Shown: positions 20,015 through 30,433, counted from the stretch's first letter. The stretch is 64,000 nt of DNA from an uncultured Verrucomicrobiae bacterium (GCA_963772365.1 CAVYXA010000001.1:384001-448000), one strand, 5' to 3'. Notes: generated from the letters alone by a model not told the origin. Translations and numbers: made by a program.

Positions 20015-20926
20015 TCAACCGGCGCTTGAAGGGGCTGGTCCGACCAGCTTAGACCCTCGATCAAGACCCGCTTTCGCTCTCATTGCAAGCAACGCCCGAT
20101 TCGGTTTTCCCATCCACCGACGACCATTGGAGTTGCACAATCGCCATGGATTCGCACGCTCCCACTTGATGATGAGCTTTTCTTCACGAACAAGCGCTTC
20201 AACTTCGTCAAAGTGCCAGCTATCGATTTCGTAGCCGACTTCTTCCTCACGGGAGAGGATTTGTGCTATTGCGTTTAATTTTTTCCAGTTTGTATGGACT
20301 GGATGGTGCTGTTTAAAGACTTCGCGCTCGTGCGCGAAGATTCTCATTCCGTCGCCTTTCCCGATGTAAAACAGTCTTCCTTTCGCATCCCGAAGCACAT
20401 AAACATAGAAGCGCTGAGGGGGAGCAGTTAACATCGCGCGCAATTTCACCCGATCATAGTCGGTGGGTTCGCCAATCACGATGTCACACGCTGCATAGCG
20501 CGCGTACCGGTCCAGCCCGTCCCAATCTTTGGGAAGTGCTTCGGCTAAGCCGGCGGCCTTAAGACGTTTTGCTTCCTCAGCCGTGATCAGAAAAAAGCCC
20601 GCGTATTCGTAAAGAAGGCGCTGAAAGACCGGAGCACGATGATCAACCTCGGGAAGCTGAAGAAGGTCCCGTGCTAAGTGATTCCTCGGGATAGGCCAGT
20701 CAAGAACGTGGCTCTCGTGAGTATCCAACCGTGCTGCTCGCGAGCGCGGATGGCATGAATGGGATAGGCCGCCGTGCCGAAGTTCCCAGTATTCATGCAC
20801 AGCATCACTGACCAGCGCGCTCATAATCTCGTCCGCTCCTTCACTATGCAAAAGCTGTTGGGCACGCCTTACTGCGTCGATGATCGGCACGATTTTGTCT
20901 GAGAGATCAGGATATCGAATGAACAT
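20015..20926 (-). CDS. unknown N-terminal domain fused to a LEM-3-like GIY-YIG nuclease
   Basis: FYVYVLRD...FYIGKG..RIFAH...E...N. Confidence 0.75.
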   Translation of the reverse strand: MFIRYPDLSDKIVPIIDAVRRAQQLLHSEGADEIMSALVSDAVHEYWELRHGGLSHSCHPRSRAARLDTHESHVLDWPIPRNHLARDLLQLPEVDHRAPVFQRLLYEYAGFFLITAEEAKRLKAAGLAEALPKDWDGLDRYARYAACDIVIGEPTDYDRVKLRAMLTAPPQRFYVYVLRDAKGRLFYIGKGDGMRIFAHEREVFKQHHPVHTNWKKLNAIAQILSREEEVGYEIDSWHFDEVEALVREEKLIIKWERANPWRLCNSNGRRWMGKPNRALLAMRAKAGLDRGSKLVGPAPSSAG

Positions 20927-20999
20927 GGACTATTCCTATCAAAATCGTCTGGTGGTTAGATTAAGTGCGCGTCCTCGCACAAGGGAGAGAGAGTTATAT

Positions 21000-23387
21000 C
21001 TATGCCTTAAATCGAAGGTGTTCGCCCTTACACGACCAAACACCTTCAAGTCCCCCGATCCGTTTAATAAACTCATTGCACTTAGGGCAGTAAACGCGAT
21101 CGCGTAGCGTGACGATCGCGTCCGTCAGGTCCTTCGATTCGTTCGCTGTCAGATAGTTAGCCCATTCGTTGTAGTGCGCGCCGATCAGGTTCCGTAAGCC
21201 GCGCAATTCTTCGATCTTATCTAGTTGAGCGCCAGCGGCAGCATAAAACGCTTTGTTCTTCTTAGCCTTCGGCAAGAAGCTGGTCCAAAGTGGATCCAAA
21301 GTGTAACGCCCACGCAAGCTGAAGGGGACCGGCACTGACAAACCATCACAAAGATGCTGAAGCATCTGCTCCAACAGACGCCCAGCCTTGATGACACGAT
21401 CCGCAGGCATCGCTGTGAGAGATTCATCAGATGTGAGCCATTCATAATCCGACAGATGATCGCCCCACACTGGCCCCGTCGTTAAGCTCCAGTCAGCGAT
21501 TCGATGATAAGAAAACTTACGCGCAGCCGCGCTCGCGACCGCTTTCAAATTCTCGAACCAAAGCGGGTCGTGAGTCGTAATAACAATTTGATGGTCCGAA
21601 AATTCCTTCAGAATCAGTTTTGCAGTAGCCATACGATGTTCGCCATCAACGCTGTGCAGAACATCATCGAGAACGAGAAGTGATAAATCGCCATCATGCG
21701 AATGGTGAAAGCGACGAATGGCGAGAAAGATGCAAAGGCCTAGGGAATCGACATGTCCTTCGCTGTAACAACCGCGAGGATCACCTGATTTCTTGTGAAA
21801 TATGCACGTGAGGTCAATGCTTGCGGTGCCACGGTCGGTCACTTTCAGAGCCGGACTGCCGATATTTTCTCCAGGATGAATATTTTGGAGGTACCGATCA
21901 GCAAGTGTAGCTATCCGATCGAGCAATTGTTGAACAGCTTCCTTCCGAGCTTTCTCGGCAAGCGTCACAATTCTCTGAATTTGTGAACGCACAGTTTCTA
22001 GGCGTGATATTTCAGTCTGTGCTTCATTCAAACGGTTCCAATTTATCGTGATTGCGTGCAGCGCCGATTTCGTCTTTGTTAAAACCTCATAGCGTTCACT
22101 ACTTGGATACGTTTGCAATTTGGCCTCCACTTGTCTCAACAACTTTCTCGCGACAGAGTCAGGATTCGCCTTCGAAAGCGCTTCGCCGTCATCTTCAATG
22201 ACCTCACGACGTTGCAATGTTGAATGCCTGGCGACTAATTGAGCTAGGAGTTCGATCAAAGACTCCGCTGCATCGGGCAAATCTGTCGGCAATCCGGCGG
22301 CCCACTTTCGGCGCAGTAAAACAAGCGCGTCGTAAAGCGCCCTCAAGGCTGAGACAAATTTCGCTCTTGCCAAGTCTTGATCATTGCGGACGGCGGTAAG
22401 GGTTACATGCTCATTCAACCGGGCTTCGACCCGCTGCAATACTTTTGTTGCGTCGATTCGGCTTTCGCACAGCGGACATGTTTCCAACGAATCCGCCTGA
22501 ATCCATTTCACTCCCTCTTCCAAGACATGTTGGTAGAAATTCCCTCTGAGTTTTGCCTCTTCATCTTGTGTATTTTTGCGAGCAATATAATAAGCGCTTT
22601 CGACCTCGCGAAGCTGATTAATTGGAGGTAATTCTGAAATCAGGGTCTTGAGCAGGTGAACTTTCTGGAACTCCTCGATCTTGCCGAACGGGGCGAGTTG
22701 CGCTTCCACTTGATCGATTCGAATTGATGCGCTTTCCAGATCTTCGAGTATCGCGAGATCTGCCTCGCTCAGAATCTTATTCAACTGTGTGAAACATGTT
22801 TCGGTGTCGATTGGCGCAGCCGACGAAATGCCGAGTTGTTGACGAAGTGCGATTTCCTCTACCTGTTTCGCCGTCTTTTGTCCGGTTATTTGTCCTTGGC
22901 ATTGCGTTGACAGCTCCCTCAGTTTCGATTCGAACGTATTGAAGCGCTCTAATTGCAGAAAATCTGCTACAGCTTTGTAGCGATCCGCGGGTTTAGCATT
23001 GATAAAAGCCAGCAACGTTCTTCTTCGAAGAAGAAAGCTTTGCCGATGCGCGGCTGAGAGCATTGCGTCGACGTGAATATTCGCCGAGCCAGATGGACCG
23101 TCCTGAGTTACGGAGAAATCTTTGTTTCCATCGCTAAGAACTAACTCAATTTGCGGTGCCGATTTGCTCGCTACGTGCTTGCCCTGCCTCGCCCAAGACA
23201 GGCCTTGGTCGCCAGTGTCCAGCGAGCCGCACTTTGCAGTCAGGACTTTCTCAAGCGCATCAATGTAGGAGCTCTTTCCGGTCCCATTATCGCCAAGTAA
23301 TACCACGCCATCTTTGCCAAACTCTAGATCGGGTCCGTCGAGAATGCCGCGGCAACCTTTAGCTTTAAGCGTCCTTAACCGGATCAT
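21000..23387 (-). CDS. Rad50/RloC-like ABC ATPase with zinc hook and C-terminal HEPN-like domain
   Basis: Walker A GDNGTGKS, CPLC inside coiled coil, signature YSEGH, Walker B LVLDD, TTHD, RNLIGAH, terminal CPKC. Confidence 0.8.
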   Translation of the reverse strand: MIRLRTLKAKGCRGILDGPDLEFGKDGVVLLGDNGTGKSSYIDALEKVLTAKCGSLDTGDQGLSWARQGKHVASKSAPQIELVLSDGNKDFSVTQDGPSGSANIHVDAMLSAAHRQSFLLRRRTLLAFINAKPADRYKAVADFLQLERFNTFESKLRELSTQCQGQITGQKTAKQVEEIALRQQLGISSAAPIDTETCFTQLNKILSEADLAILEDLESASIRIDQVEAQLAPFGKIEEFQKVHLLKTLISELPPINQLREVESAYYIARKNTQDEEAKLRGNFYQHVLEEGVKWIQADSLETCPLCESRIDATKVLQRVEARLNEHVTLTAVRNDQDLARAKFVSALRALYDALVLLRRKWAAGLPTDLPDAAESLIELLAQLVARHSTLQRREVIEDDGEALSKANPDSVARKLLRQVEAKLQTYPSSERYEVLTKTKSALHAITINWNRLNEAQTEISRLETVRSQIQRIVTLAEKARKEAVQQLLDRIATLADRYLQNIHPGENIGSPALKVTDRGTASIDLTCIFHKKSGDPRGCYSEGHVDSLGLCIFLAIRRFHHSHDGDLSLLVLDDVLHSVDGEHRMATAKLILKEFSDHQIVITTHDPLWFENLKAVASAAARKFSYHRIADWSLTTGPVWGDHLSDYEWLTSDESLTAMPADRVIKAGRLLEQMLQHLCDGLSVPVPFSLRGRYTLDPLWTSFLPKAKKNKAFYAAAGAQLDKIEELRGLRNLIGAHYNEWANYLTANESKDLTDAIVTLRDRVYCPKCNEFIKRIGGLEGVWSCKGEHLRFKA

Positions 23388-23565
23388 TGGTGTCGCCTGT
23401 CAGCAAGGCTTCCAGAGGAGCGATGTCTTCCAGAGCATCGTCTCTCAGAACACGTAAAACCTCAGTCTTCCACGCGGGAAGTAGTTCGCTATCGAGAGCA
23501 ATCAGTTCGCGCAATTTCGCAAGGGCGACTAGATTCAAATCTTCTTGCGAAGCCTTTGATTTCAT
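23365..23565 (-). CDS. small hypothetical protein overlapping the ATPase start
   Basis: 66-aa ORF with ATG start, 23-nt overlap with the ATPase, promoter-like site upstream. Confidence 0.6.
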   Translation of the reverse strand: MKSKASQEDLNLVALAKLRELIALDSELLPAWKTEVLRVLRDDALEDIAPLEALLTGDTNDPVKDA

Positions 23566-23595
23566 GTTGTCAGAGCGAACTCAAACAGAAATCTT

Positions 23596-23624
23596 ATTAT
23601 GAACGACTATCCCACGACAAGCAA
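23596..23624 (-). promoter_or_regulatory. putative sigma70 promoter of the island operon
   Basis: TTGCTT-17nt-CATAAT on the minus strand. Confidence 0.5.
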
Positions 23625-23657
23625 CGCGATCCGGATTCCGCTGCCACGGTTTCGCAA

Positions 23658-23686
23658 TTGTCGATTCTTGCCCGATCCAATAGGAT
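23658..23686 (+). promoter_or_regulatory. putative sigma70 promoter of intact hutI
   Basis: TTGTCG-17nt-TAGGAT, followed by AGGGAGG RBS and TTG start. Confidence 0.45.
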
Positions 23687-23719
23687 GCCGCTTCCTGATG
23701 GCTTAGGAGGACCGCAAAA

Positions 23720-25018
23720 TTGAACTCCCTCGCCATTCTTCACGCTTCGCAGATTGTTACATTGGCGGGCCCGAACCGTCCGCGCGTTGGCAAGGAAATG
23801 TCGGATCTGGCAATTATGCGCAACGGCGGAATGCTGATTCGCGACGGCAAGATCGAAGCGATCGGCTCAAGCGATGAAATCGAAACCAAAAGTCGCAACG
23901 CTGAAATTGTCGATGGCGCCGGTCGCGTTGTGTTGCCGGGATTTGTCGATGCTCACACGCACTTGGTCTTTGCGGGGAATCGGCTTGACGATTTCGAGCG
24001 ACGCGCGCGAGGAGAAACTTACGAGCAAATCGCGAAAGCCGGCGGCGGGATCTGGTCCACCGTGCAAAAGACGCGTGCCGCATCCGATGTCGATCTTCTC
24101 AATCAAGCGAAGAAGCATGCGGAATGGTTCCTGCGCTGCGGAACCACGACTGTCGAAGCAAAATCCGGCTACGGACTGACGATCGAGGATGAGCTGAAGA
24201 TTCTCTGTGTGATGCGTCGGCTCAATGAAGAAGGGCCACTGGAAATCGTGCCGACTTTTCTCGGGGCGCATGCAGTGCCGCGGGAAATGTCGCCAGATGA
24301 ATATGTCGATCTTGTGATAAACGAAATGTTGCCGCGTGTTGCTTCGGATCCGCCTTCGCCGGGCTACGGCGCGACAAGAAAGCTGGCGGAGTTTTGCGAT
24401 GTATTTTGCGAGCGCGGTTATTTCGAGATCGAGCAATCTCGTAAGATCCTGAGGAAAGCGAAGGAACTCGGACTGAGTTTGCGAGGCCATGTCGATCAAC
24501 TTACTAATTCCGGTGGCGCGAAGTTGATGGCGGAATTGAAGGCGACCACCGCGGATCATTTAGAGAAAACGGACGGGCAGGGGATCGCCGCGATGAAGTC
24601 GTCAGATGTTCAGCCGGTATTGCTACCGGGATCGGTGTATGCATTGGGATCGATCCATCTTCGCCAAGGCTCCGGGGGGCAGGCAGGTTACCCGCGCGCA
24701 CGGGAAATGATCGAGGCGGGATTGGCCGTCGTCCTCGCCACCGATTTTAATCCCGGTTCATCGCCGACTCCGAGCATGCCCATGGTCTTATCGCTCGCCT
24801 GCACGCAGATGAAAATGTCGCCCGCCGAGGCAATCACAGCATCGACAATCAACGCCGCCTGCAGTCTCAACCGCGGAGATCAGATTGGTTCGCTGGAGCC
24901 GGGCAAGCTTGCTAATTTCTCGATCTTCGATTGCGAAGATTATCGGGAATTGGCTTACTGGTTTGGCGTATTACAAGTCCATTCGGTTTACGTGCAGGGT
25001 CAACACGTGAATTGTTAG
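23720..25018 (+). CDS. hutI: imidazolonepropionase (two 10-aa insertions)
   Basis: PGFVDAHTHLVF, EAKSGYGL, LGAHA, CDVFCE, ATDFNPGSSP. Confidence 0.96.
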   Translation: MNSLAILHASQIVTLAGPNRPRVGKEMSDLAIMRNGGMLIRDGKIEAIGSSDEIETKSRNAEIVDGAGRVVLPGFVDAHTHLVFAGNRLDDFERRARGETYEQIAKAGGGIWSTVQKTRAASDVDLLNQAKKHAEWFLRCGTTTVEAKSGYGLTIEDELKILCVMRRLNEEGPLEIVPTFLGAHAVPREMSPDEYVDLVINEMLPRVASDPPSPGYGATRKLAEFCDVFCERGYFEIEQSRKILRKAKELGLSLRGHVDQLTNSGGAKLMAELKATTADHLEKTDGQGIAAMKSSDVQPVLLPGSVYALGSIHLRQGSGGQAGYPRAREMIEAGLAVVLATDFNPGSSPTPSMPMVLSLACTQMKMSPAEAITASTINAACSLNRGDQIGSLEPGKLANFSIFDCEDYRELAYWFGVLQVHSVYVQGQHVNC

Positions 25019-25087
25019 AGCGGCGCGCGCGGCGGTCGCGCCCTACCATTTGCGCGCATCATCGCGCGCCGGTAACGTCGCTGCTCC

Positions 25088-26431
25088 ATGAAAGTTGAAG
25101 TTGAAAAGCAGCCGGGTTCTGTGTCGAAGCTGCGAATCGAATTGCCGGCGGAAGAGGTGTCGAAGGAGTGGGACACCATCGCCAATAGCTTCGCTCGATT
25201 TGCCAAAATCCCGGGATATCGGCCGGGAAAAGCGCCTCGCTCTGTCGTCGACAAGCGTTTTCGAAAAGAGATTCAGGAAGAGGTAACCAAGAAACTTGTT
25301 TCAAAAAGCTACCATGACGCAATTGCGCAGGAGCAGTTACGAGTTGCTTCTCTGACAAATATCGATGAGGTCCAATTTGGAGAGGACAAGGCGATGCGTT
25401 TTACGGCGACGGTCGTGACCGCTCCCGAGTTCGAGTTGCCCGATTACAAGAACATTCCCGTTCAGGTCCCCGATACCAAGGTTTCCGAAGCCGATATCGA
25501 TGCTGCTGTGGAAAGATTGCGCGATCAAGCAGCAGATTTTGTGGAGGTTTCCGGTCGCGCGCTGCAAATGGGCGACTTTGCCGTGATCGATTTCGAGGGA
25601 ACAATCGAAGGAAAGCCGGTTAACGAAATCGCGCCAGAGGCCAGCAAAAACTTACACGGAGGAAAGAAATTCTGGCTTCACATCGCGCCGGAGAATTTTT
25701 TGCCGAAGTTCTGCGAACAGTTAGTGGACCTAAAGCGCGATGAGACGCGGCTCGTAATTGTCGATTTTCCGCAAGATTTCATGGTGAAAGAACTCGCAGG
25801 CAATAAAGCGGACTACACGGTCACACTGCGGGAGATTCGCGAGAAAGTTTTACCTGCGTCAGACGATGCTTTCGCGGCCAAGCTTGCTCCAGGCAAAACG
25901 CTTGTCGATCTTCGCCATGCGATTGAGCATGACTTGGACCACGCCAAGGAACACGAGGTTGAAAGAACCAAAGAGGATCAGATCCTGAAATATTTGCACG
26001 ACCGGATTGAATTCGACCTGCCGCCGGGATTGCTCCAAACCGAAACCCGACGCGCGCTCGGCGAATTGGTTCAGCACAATCGGCAGCGAGGAGTCACCGA
26101 CGAAATGCTCAAGGGGAAGGAAAGGGAGTTGATCGATGTCTCTGCCGGCATGGCCAGTCGGCGTTTAAAAACAAACTTCATTCTCCATCGAATTGCCGAG
26201 CAGGAGAAGCTTCAGGTTACACAGGAGGAGATCGATTTGGGGATCAAGCGGGAGGCAGCGCGCTACGACATTTCCGTTCAAAAAATGCGCAAGGAACTGG
26301 AGGAACACAGCGGTCTCAATACCCTGGCGGAACAGATTCTGCTCGGTAAGACCCTTGATTTCCTGAAAGCGAATGTGAATGTTAACGTCGAACCGGCCAC
26401 AGAAAATTCGGCCGGCGAGAAAAAATCATGA
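25088..26431 (+). CDS. tig: trigger factor
   Basis: [10 protein letters not shown] signature, FKBP-like middle domain, upstream of clpPX. Confidence 0.95.
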   Translation: MKVEVEKQPGSVSKLRIELPAEEVSKEWDTIANSFARFAKIPGYRPGKAPRSVVDKRFRKEIQEEVTKKLVSKSYHDAIAQEQLRVASLTNIDEVQFGEDKAMRFTATVVTAPEFELPDYKNIPVQVPDTKVSEADIDAAVERLRDQAADFVEVSGRALQMGDFAVIDFEGTIEGKPVNEIAPEASKNLHGGKKFWLHIAPENFLPKFCEQLVDLKRDETRLVIVDFPQDFMVKELAGNKADYTVTLREIREKVLPASDDAFAAKLAPGKTLVDLRHAIEHDLDHAKEHEVERTKEDQILKYLHDRIEFDLPPGLLQTETRRALGELVQHNRQRGVTDEMLKGKERELIDVSAGMASRRLKTNFILHRIAEQEKLQVTQEEIDLGIKREAARYDISVQKMRKELEEHSGLNTLAEQILLGKTLDFLKANVNVNVEPATENSAGEKKS

Positions 26432-27123
26432 GTTCAGAAAATTTATCGCAGTCAATCCTGGTGCCGATGGTAGTCGAGCAGACCGGTCGAGGTGAGCGCA
26501 GCTACGACATTTACTCGAGATTACTCAAGGATCGGATCGTTTTCATCGGGATGCCGATCGATGATCACATCGCCAACCTGGTAATCGCGCAATTACTCTT
26601 CCTGCAGATGGAGGATCCGAAAAAGGACATCAACATTTACATCAATTCGCCCGGCGGTTCGGTCACAGCGGGATTGGCTGTTTACGATACGATGCAATTT
26701 CTTACCTGCGACGTGACGACTTATTGTCTGGGGATGGCTGCCAGCATGGCTGCTGTCTTGCTTTGCGCCGGGACGAAGGGCAAGCGCTTTGCGCTGCCAA
26801 ATTCCGACATCATGATCCATCAGGTTTCGGGTGGAGCGCAGGGCGCCGCCAGCGACGTCGAGCGGCAGGTCGATTACATGTTTAAGTTGAAAAAGCGCCT
26901 GATCAGCATCATCGCGCAGCACACCGGCAAACCTGAAGAGCAGGTTCGGCTCGATTCCGATCGGGATTATTACATGTCAGCTCAGGAGGCGAAGGCTTAC
27001 GGCCTTGTCGATGAAGTGATTAAGTCCCGCAAGGAAGTCAAGCTGGATGGCGCTGGTTCCCCCTCGTCAGATCGTTCCGTGGCAGTTGCGGAGGCAGCAT
27101 TGCCGCGCAAATCGGGGGAATAA
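26428..27123 (+). CDS. clpP: ATP-dependent Clp protease proteolytic subunit
   Basis: [27 protein letters not shown]. Confidence 0.97.
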   Translation: MSSENLSQSILVPMVVEQTGRGERSYDIYSRLLKDRIVFIGMPIDDHIANLVIAQLLFLQMEDPKKDINIYINSPGGSVTAGLAVYDTMQFLTCDVTTYCLGMAASMAAVLLCAGTKGKRFALPNSDIMIHQVSGGAQGAASDVERQVDYMFKLKKRLISIIAQHTGKPEEQVRLDSDRDYYMSAQEAKAYGLVDEVIKSRKEVKLDGAGSPSSDRSVAVAEAALPRKSGE

Positions 27124-27148
27124 AGGCTGCTAATTTACAGGGCGAAAT

Positions 27149-28432
27149 ATGGCACGCGCTTCCAACCTCACGATGTGCTCGTTTTGCGGGAAGAGTCACG
27201 CCGAGGTGCGCAAGCTCATCGCCGGGCCCGGCGTCTATATCTGCGACAGCTGCATCAACGTCTGCAAAAGTATTCTCGACAAGGAATTGAACGAGGATGC
27301 GCGGCGTCAATCGTCATCCATGCGTGTGCCGAAGCCCGCGGAAATCCGGCGCTCCCTTGATCAATACGTGATCGGCCAGGATTTGGCCAAAAAGACGCTC
27401 TCGGTGGCGGTCCACAATCATTACAAGCGCGTGATGCAAACAACCGCGCCACCCGCGGATTCATCGGCCGCGTTTCAACCAGATCCCTTGGCGGAAGTCG
27501 AGATCGAGAAGAGCAATATTTTGTTAGTCGGCCCGACCGGTTCGGGCAAAACGCTGTTGGCGAAAACGCTTGCCAAGATTCTCGATGTTCCATTTTGCAT
27601 TGCCGATGCCACCACGCTGACTGAAGCCGGCTATGTAGGCGAAGACGTGGAGAACATCATTCTGCGTTTGTTGCAGAATGCCGATTACGATGTGAAACGA
27701 GCCGAGATTGGCATCGTTTACATCGACGAGATCGACAAGATCGGGCGCAAGACCGACAACGTCAGCATTACCCGCGATGTTTCGGGCGAAGGGGTTCAGC
27801 AGGCTCTGCTAAAAATTCTGGAAGGATCGACATGCAACGTGCCGCCGCAGGGCGGTCGCAAACATCCGCACCAGGAATACATCCAGGTGAATACCGAAAA
27901 AATTCTCTTCATCTGTGGCGGCGCTTTCATCGGGCTGGACAAGATCATTCAGAAACGGATCGGCCAGAAAGTGATGGGCTTCGGAAGTCCCACGCTCGAA
28001 GTTGAGGAAGCGCTTCGCAAAGAAGCGATCCGCCATGTTGAACCCGAAGATTTGCTTTCGTTCGGAATGATTCCGGAATTCATCGGCCGTTTGCCGGTAG
28101 TTACATCACTCGACACGCTCACCGAAGATGAGATGGTGTCGATCTTGACCGAGACAAAGAACGCGATGGTAAAGCAATACACCAAGCTCTTCTCGATGGA
28201 GAATGTGCGCCTGACCCTGACCAAGGATGCCTTGCGAGCCTTGGCAGCTCAAGCTGTCACGAAAGGCACGGGTGCACGCGCACTTCGCTCAATGCTCGAG
28301 CGAATCATGCTCGACATTATGTATGATGTCCCAAGCCGGGAAGACATCGCTGAGGTCACCATTAATCGCGCGGTAGTCGAGGGCAAAAAACTACCGCTGG
28401 TTCGCAAGAAACAGGACAAAGACGCAGCCTGA
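27149..28432 (+). CDS. clpX: Clp protease ATP-binding subunit
   Basis: CSFCGKS zinc finger, [22 protein letters not shown]. Confidence 0.98.
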   Translation: MARASNLTMCSFCGKSHAEVRKLIAGPGVYICDSCINVCKSILDKELNEDARRQSSSMRVPKPAEIRRSLDQYVIGQDLAKKTLSVAVHNHYKRVMQTTAPPADSSAAFQPDPLAEVEIEKSNILLVGPTGSGKTLLAKTLAKILDVPFCIADATTLTEAGYVGEDVENIILRLLQNADYDVKRAEIGIVYIDEIDKIGRKTDNVSITRDVSGEGVQQALLKILEGSTCNVPPQGGRKHPHQEYIQVNTEKILFICGGAFIGLDKIIQKRIGQKVMGFGSPTLEVEEALRKEAIRHVEPEDLLSFGMIPEFIGRLPVVTSLDTLTEDEMVSILTETKNAMVKQYTKLFSMENVRLTLTKDALRALAAQAVTKGTGARALRSMLERIMLDIMYDVPSREDIAEVTINRAVVEGKKLPLVRKKQDKDAA

Positions 28433-28446
28433 CCGCCTCCGGCGGA

Positions 28447-28511
28447 GGTTGAATCGTTACACCGTTGAATCGGTGCTGCTTTCCGATGTAACGATGTAAC
28501 ATTGTAACGAA
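28447..28511. repeat. short 8-mer-type inverted/tandem repeat cluster
   Basis: gttgaatcgttacaccgttgaatcgg...gatgtaacgatgtaacattgtaacg. Confidence 0.55.
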
Positions 28512-28522
28512 TTCCGTATTCA

Positions 28523-29755
28523 ATGCGCACCGCCATCATCAACACCGGCACGGAGCTGTTGCTTGGCGACGTCGTTAACGCGCATCTCGATTTCATCGCC
28601 CGCGAGATTTTTGCGCTGGGACTACGTGTGGACGAACAGCGCACTGTTCCAGATGGCGAAGCGATCCGGCATGCGCTGAGCGATCTATTTCCGCACTGCG
28701 AGATTTTGTTTGTGACCGGCGGCCTCGGGCCGACAAGCGATGACATCACGCGCGAGATCGTAGCCGATTTGCTAGGGCTGCAACTTCGACAGGATGCCGG
28801 ATTGCTGGAAGCATTGAAGGAGCGGCTCGCGATTCGAAAGATCAAATGGACAGCGAGCATTGCGCGTCAGGCCGATGTTCCTTCCGGCGCACAGATTTTG
28901 CCCAACGACCACGGAAGCGCTTCCGGTTTGTATTTGCCGGTAAATATTAATCCAAAAATCACGTCGCCACACATCTTCGTTTTGCCGGGTCCTCCCCGTG
29001 AATTGCAGCCGATATTCCGCAGCTCGGTGATATCGATCCTGCGCGCGATTGTGCCATTGTCGGGCGCAATCGGCTATCGACTGTACCGAATGACCGGTAT
29101 CGGCGAATCGCTCGTCGAAAACGCCGTAGGCGAAAAAATTCTGGCGATTCCTGGAATTGAGCTTGGTTATTGTGCACGGCCCGGCGATGTCGATCTTCGT
29201 GTAATCGGCGAGTCGCAGGCGATCCAGCAGGCGGATGCGATTATCACCCGTGCATTGCAAAAATGGATCTATTCCACGACGGGCGAGGACTTAGAAGAAG
29301 TCGTCGTCAAATTGCTCGCCAACAGAAAGCAGAAGTTAGCGGTGGCAGAATCGTGCACGGGCGGATTGATTGCCAATCGAATCACGAATGTTGCCGGAGC
29401 ATCTGACGCTTTGATTGCCGGTTACGTGACGTATGCAAACGAAGCGAAGATCGACATCCTCCATGTCGATCCAAAGCTACTCGAAGATCATGGGGCAGTA
29501 AGCGAACCGGTCGCAAGAGCGATGGCTGAAGGCGCACGCAGCCGGGCAGGATCCACATATGCTCTGTCCACTACTGGAATTGCCGGGCCCACGGGAGGTT
29601 CAGCCGAAAAGCCAATCGGCACAGTTCACATTGCGCTGGCTTCCGCAGGTTCAGAAACGCTCGCAGACAAATTCTTTTTCCCAGCTGATCGGGAGACATT
29701 CAAGCAGCTTGTCGCGCAAGCGGCGCTGGAAATGTTACGACGAAAGCTCATCTAG
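28523..29755 (+). CDS. cinA: competence/damage-inducible CinA (with PncC domain)
   Basis: GTELLLG, GGLGPTSDDIT, AESCTGG, GAVSE, TGIAGP. Confidence 0.94.
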   Translation: MRTAIINTGTELLLGDVVNAHLDFIAREIFALGLRVDEQRTVPDGEAIRHALSDLFPHCEILFVTGGLGPTSDDITREIVADLLGLQLRQDAGLLEALKERLAIRKIKWTASIARQADVPSGAQILPNDHGSASGLYLPVNINPKITSPHIFVLPGPPRELQPIFRSSVISILRAIVPLSGAIGYRLYRMTGIGESLVENAVGEKILAIPGIELGYCARPGDVDLRVIGESQAIQQADAIITRALQKWIYSTTGEDLEEVVVKLLANRKQKLAVAESCTGGLIANRITNVAGASDALIAGYVTYANEAKIDILHVDPKLLEDHGAVSEPVARAMAEGARSRAGSTYALSTTGIAGPTGGSAEKPIGTVHIALASAGSETLADKFFFPADRETFKQLVAQAALEMLRRKLI

Positions 29756-29797
29756 CCGCAGCCCCTGCGCCGTGACTATGCGCCACAGGCGCACAGA

Positions 29798-30433
29798 TTA
29801 AAAATCGCCAACATCGACAGGCGTGCCGACTTTCACATGGTCGTAGAACAACTTTGCGCCCTCCGAAGATTCTCGAATGCATCCGTGCGAAGCAGGATAA
29901 CCCGGCAAAATACCGATGTGCATCCCGACCCCATCGTCGGTCAAACGGAGGAACCAAGTCATTGGCGCCCCGACATAATGCGTCCCGCTTGGGGCGACAT
30001 CTATTCGCGCACTGATTCCGGCGCGGACGACTCGGCCCCTAGCGTCGACAAAGTTTCCATAGATGCTCGAGCGATGATCAGGATCTTTTTCCAGGACCTT
30101 GTGATGACCGCTCGGCGAGGTATGACCTTTCTTGCCGGAGCAAATCGGTTCGTCAATCACGATTTGATCGCCGAGCATCAGATAGGCGCGCTGTTTTGGA
30201 AGTGAGACAACAATATGAACGTTGTCCGGGGTGCATTGTTTGAGCAGAGCTTGATTGACCTTTACCGGCTCCTGTTTGTGGATCAGTTCCCGGGCTTTTC
30301 GCATTGTCCGTGTCGGCACGGGTGTGGCTCGCGTTATTGGAGGCGGGTGGAGACGCCGGAATTGTGCGTGGGCAACGATCGCTGAGCCGATCAGGCACGA
30401 CACACAGAAAAGAGCGCAGATGGTTCGTCGCAT
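29798..30433 (-). CDS. L,D-transpeptidase family protein
   Basis: GMHIG...PASHGCIR; signal peptide. Confidence 0.88.
   Translation of the reverse strand: MRRTICALFCVSCLIGSAIVAHAQFRRLHPPPITRATPVPTRTMRKARELIHKQEPVKVNQALLKQCTPDNVHIVVSLPKQRAYLMLGDQIVIDEPICSGKKGHTSPSGHHKVLEKDPDHRSSIYGNFVDARGRVVRAGISARIDVAPSGTHYVGAPMTWFLRLTDDGVGMHIGILPGYPASHGCIRESSEGAKLFYDHVKVGTPVDVGDF

Larger units (their letters stand above)
18745..23719. mobile_element. putative defence island between two hutI 5' ends (no integrase seen)
   Basis: five non-hut ORFs, visibly more AT-rich, flanked by diverged hutI 5' sequences. Confidence 0.7.

Noticed and set aside
18745..23719. Prophage or integron interpretation of the island
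   Set aside because: No integrase, structural genes or attC-like sites recognised.
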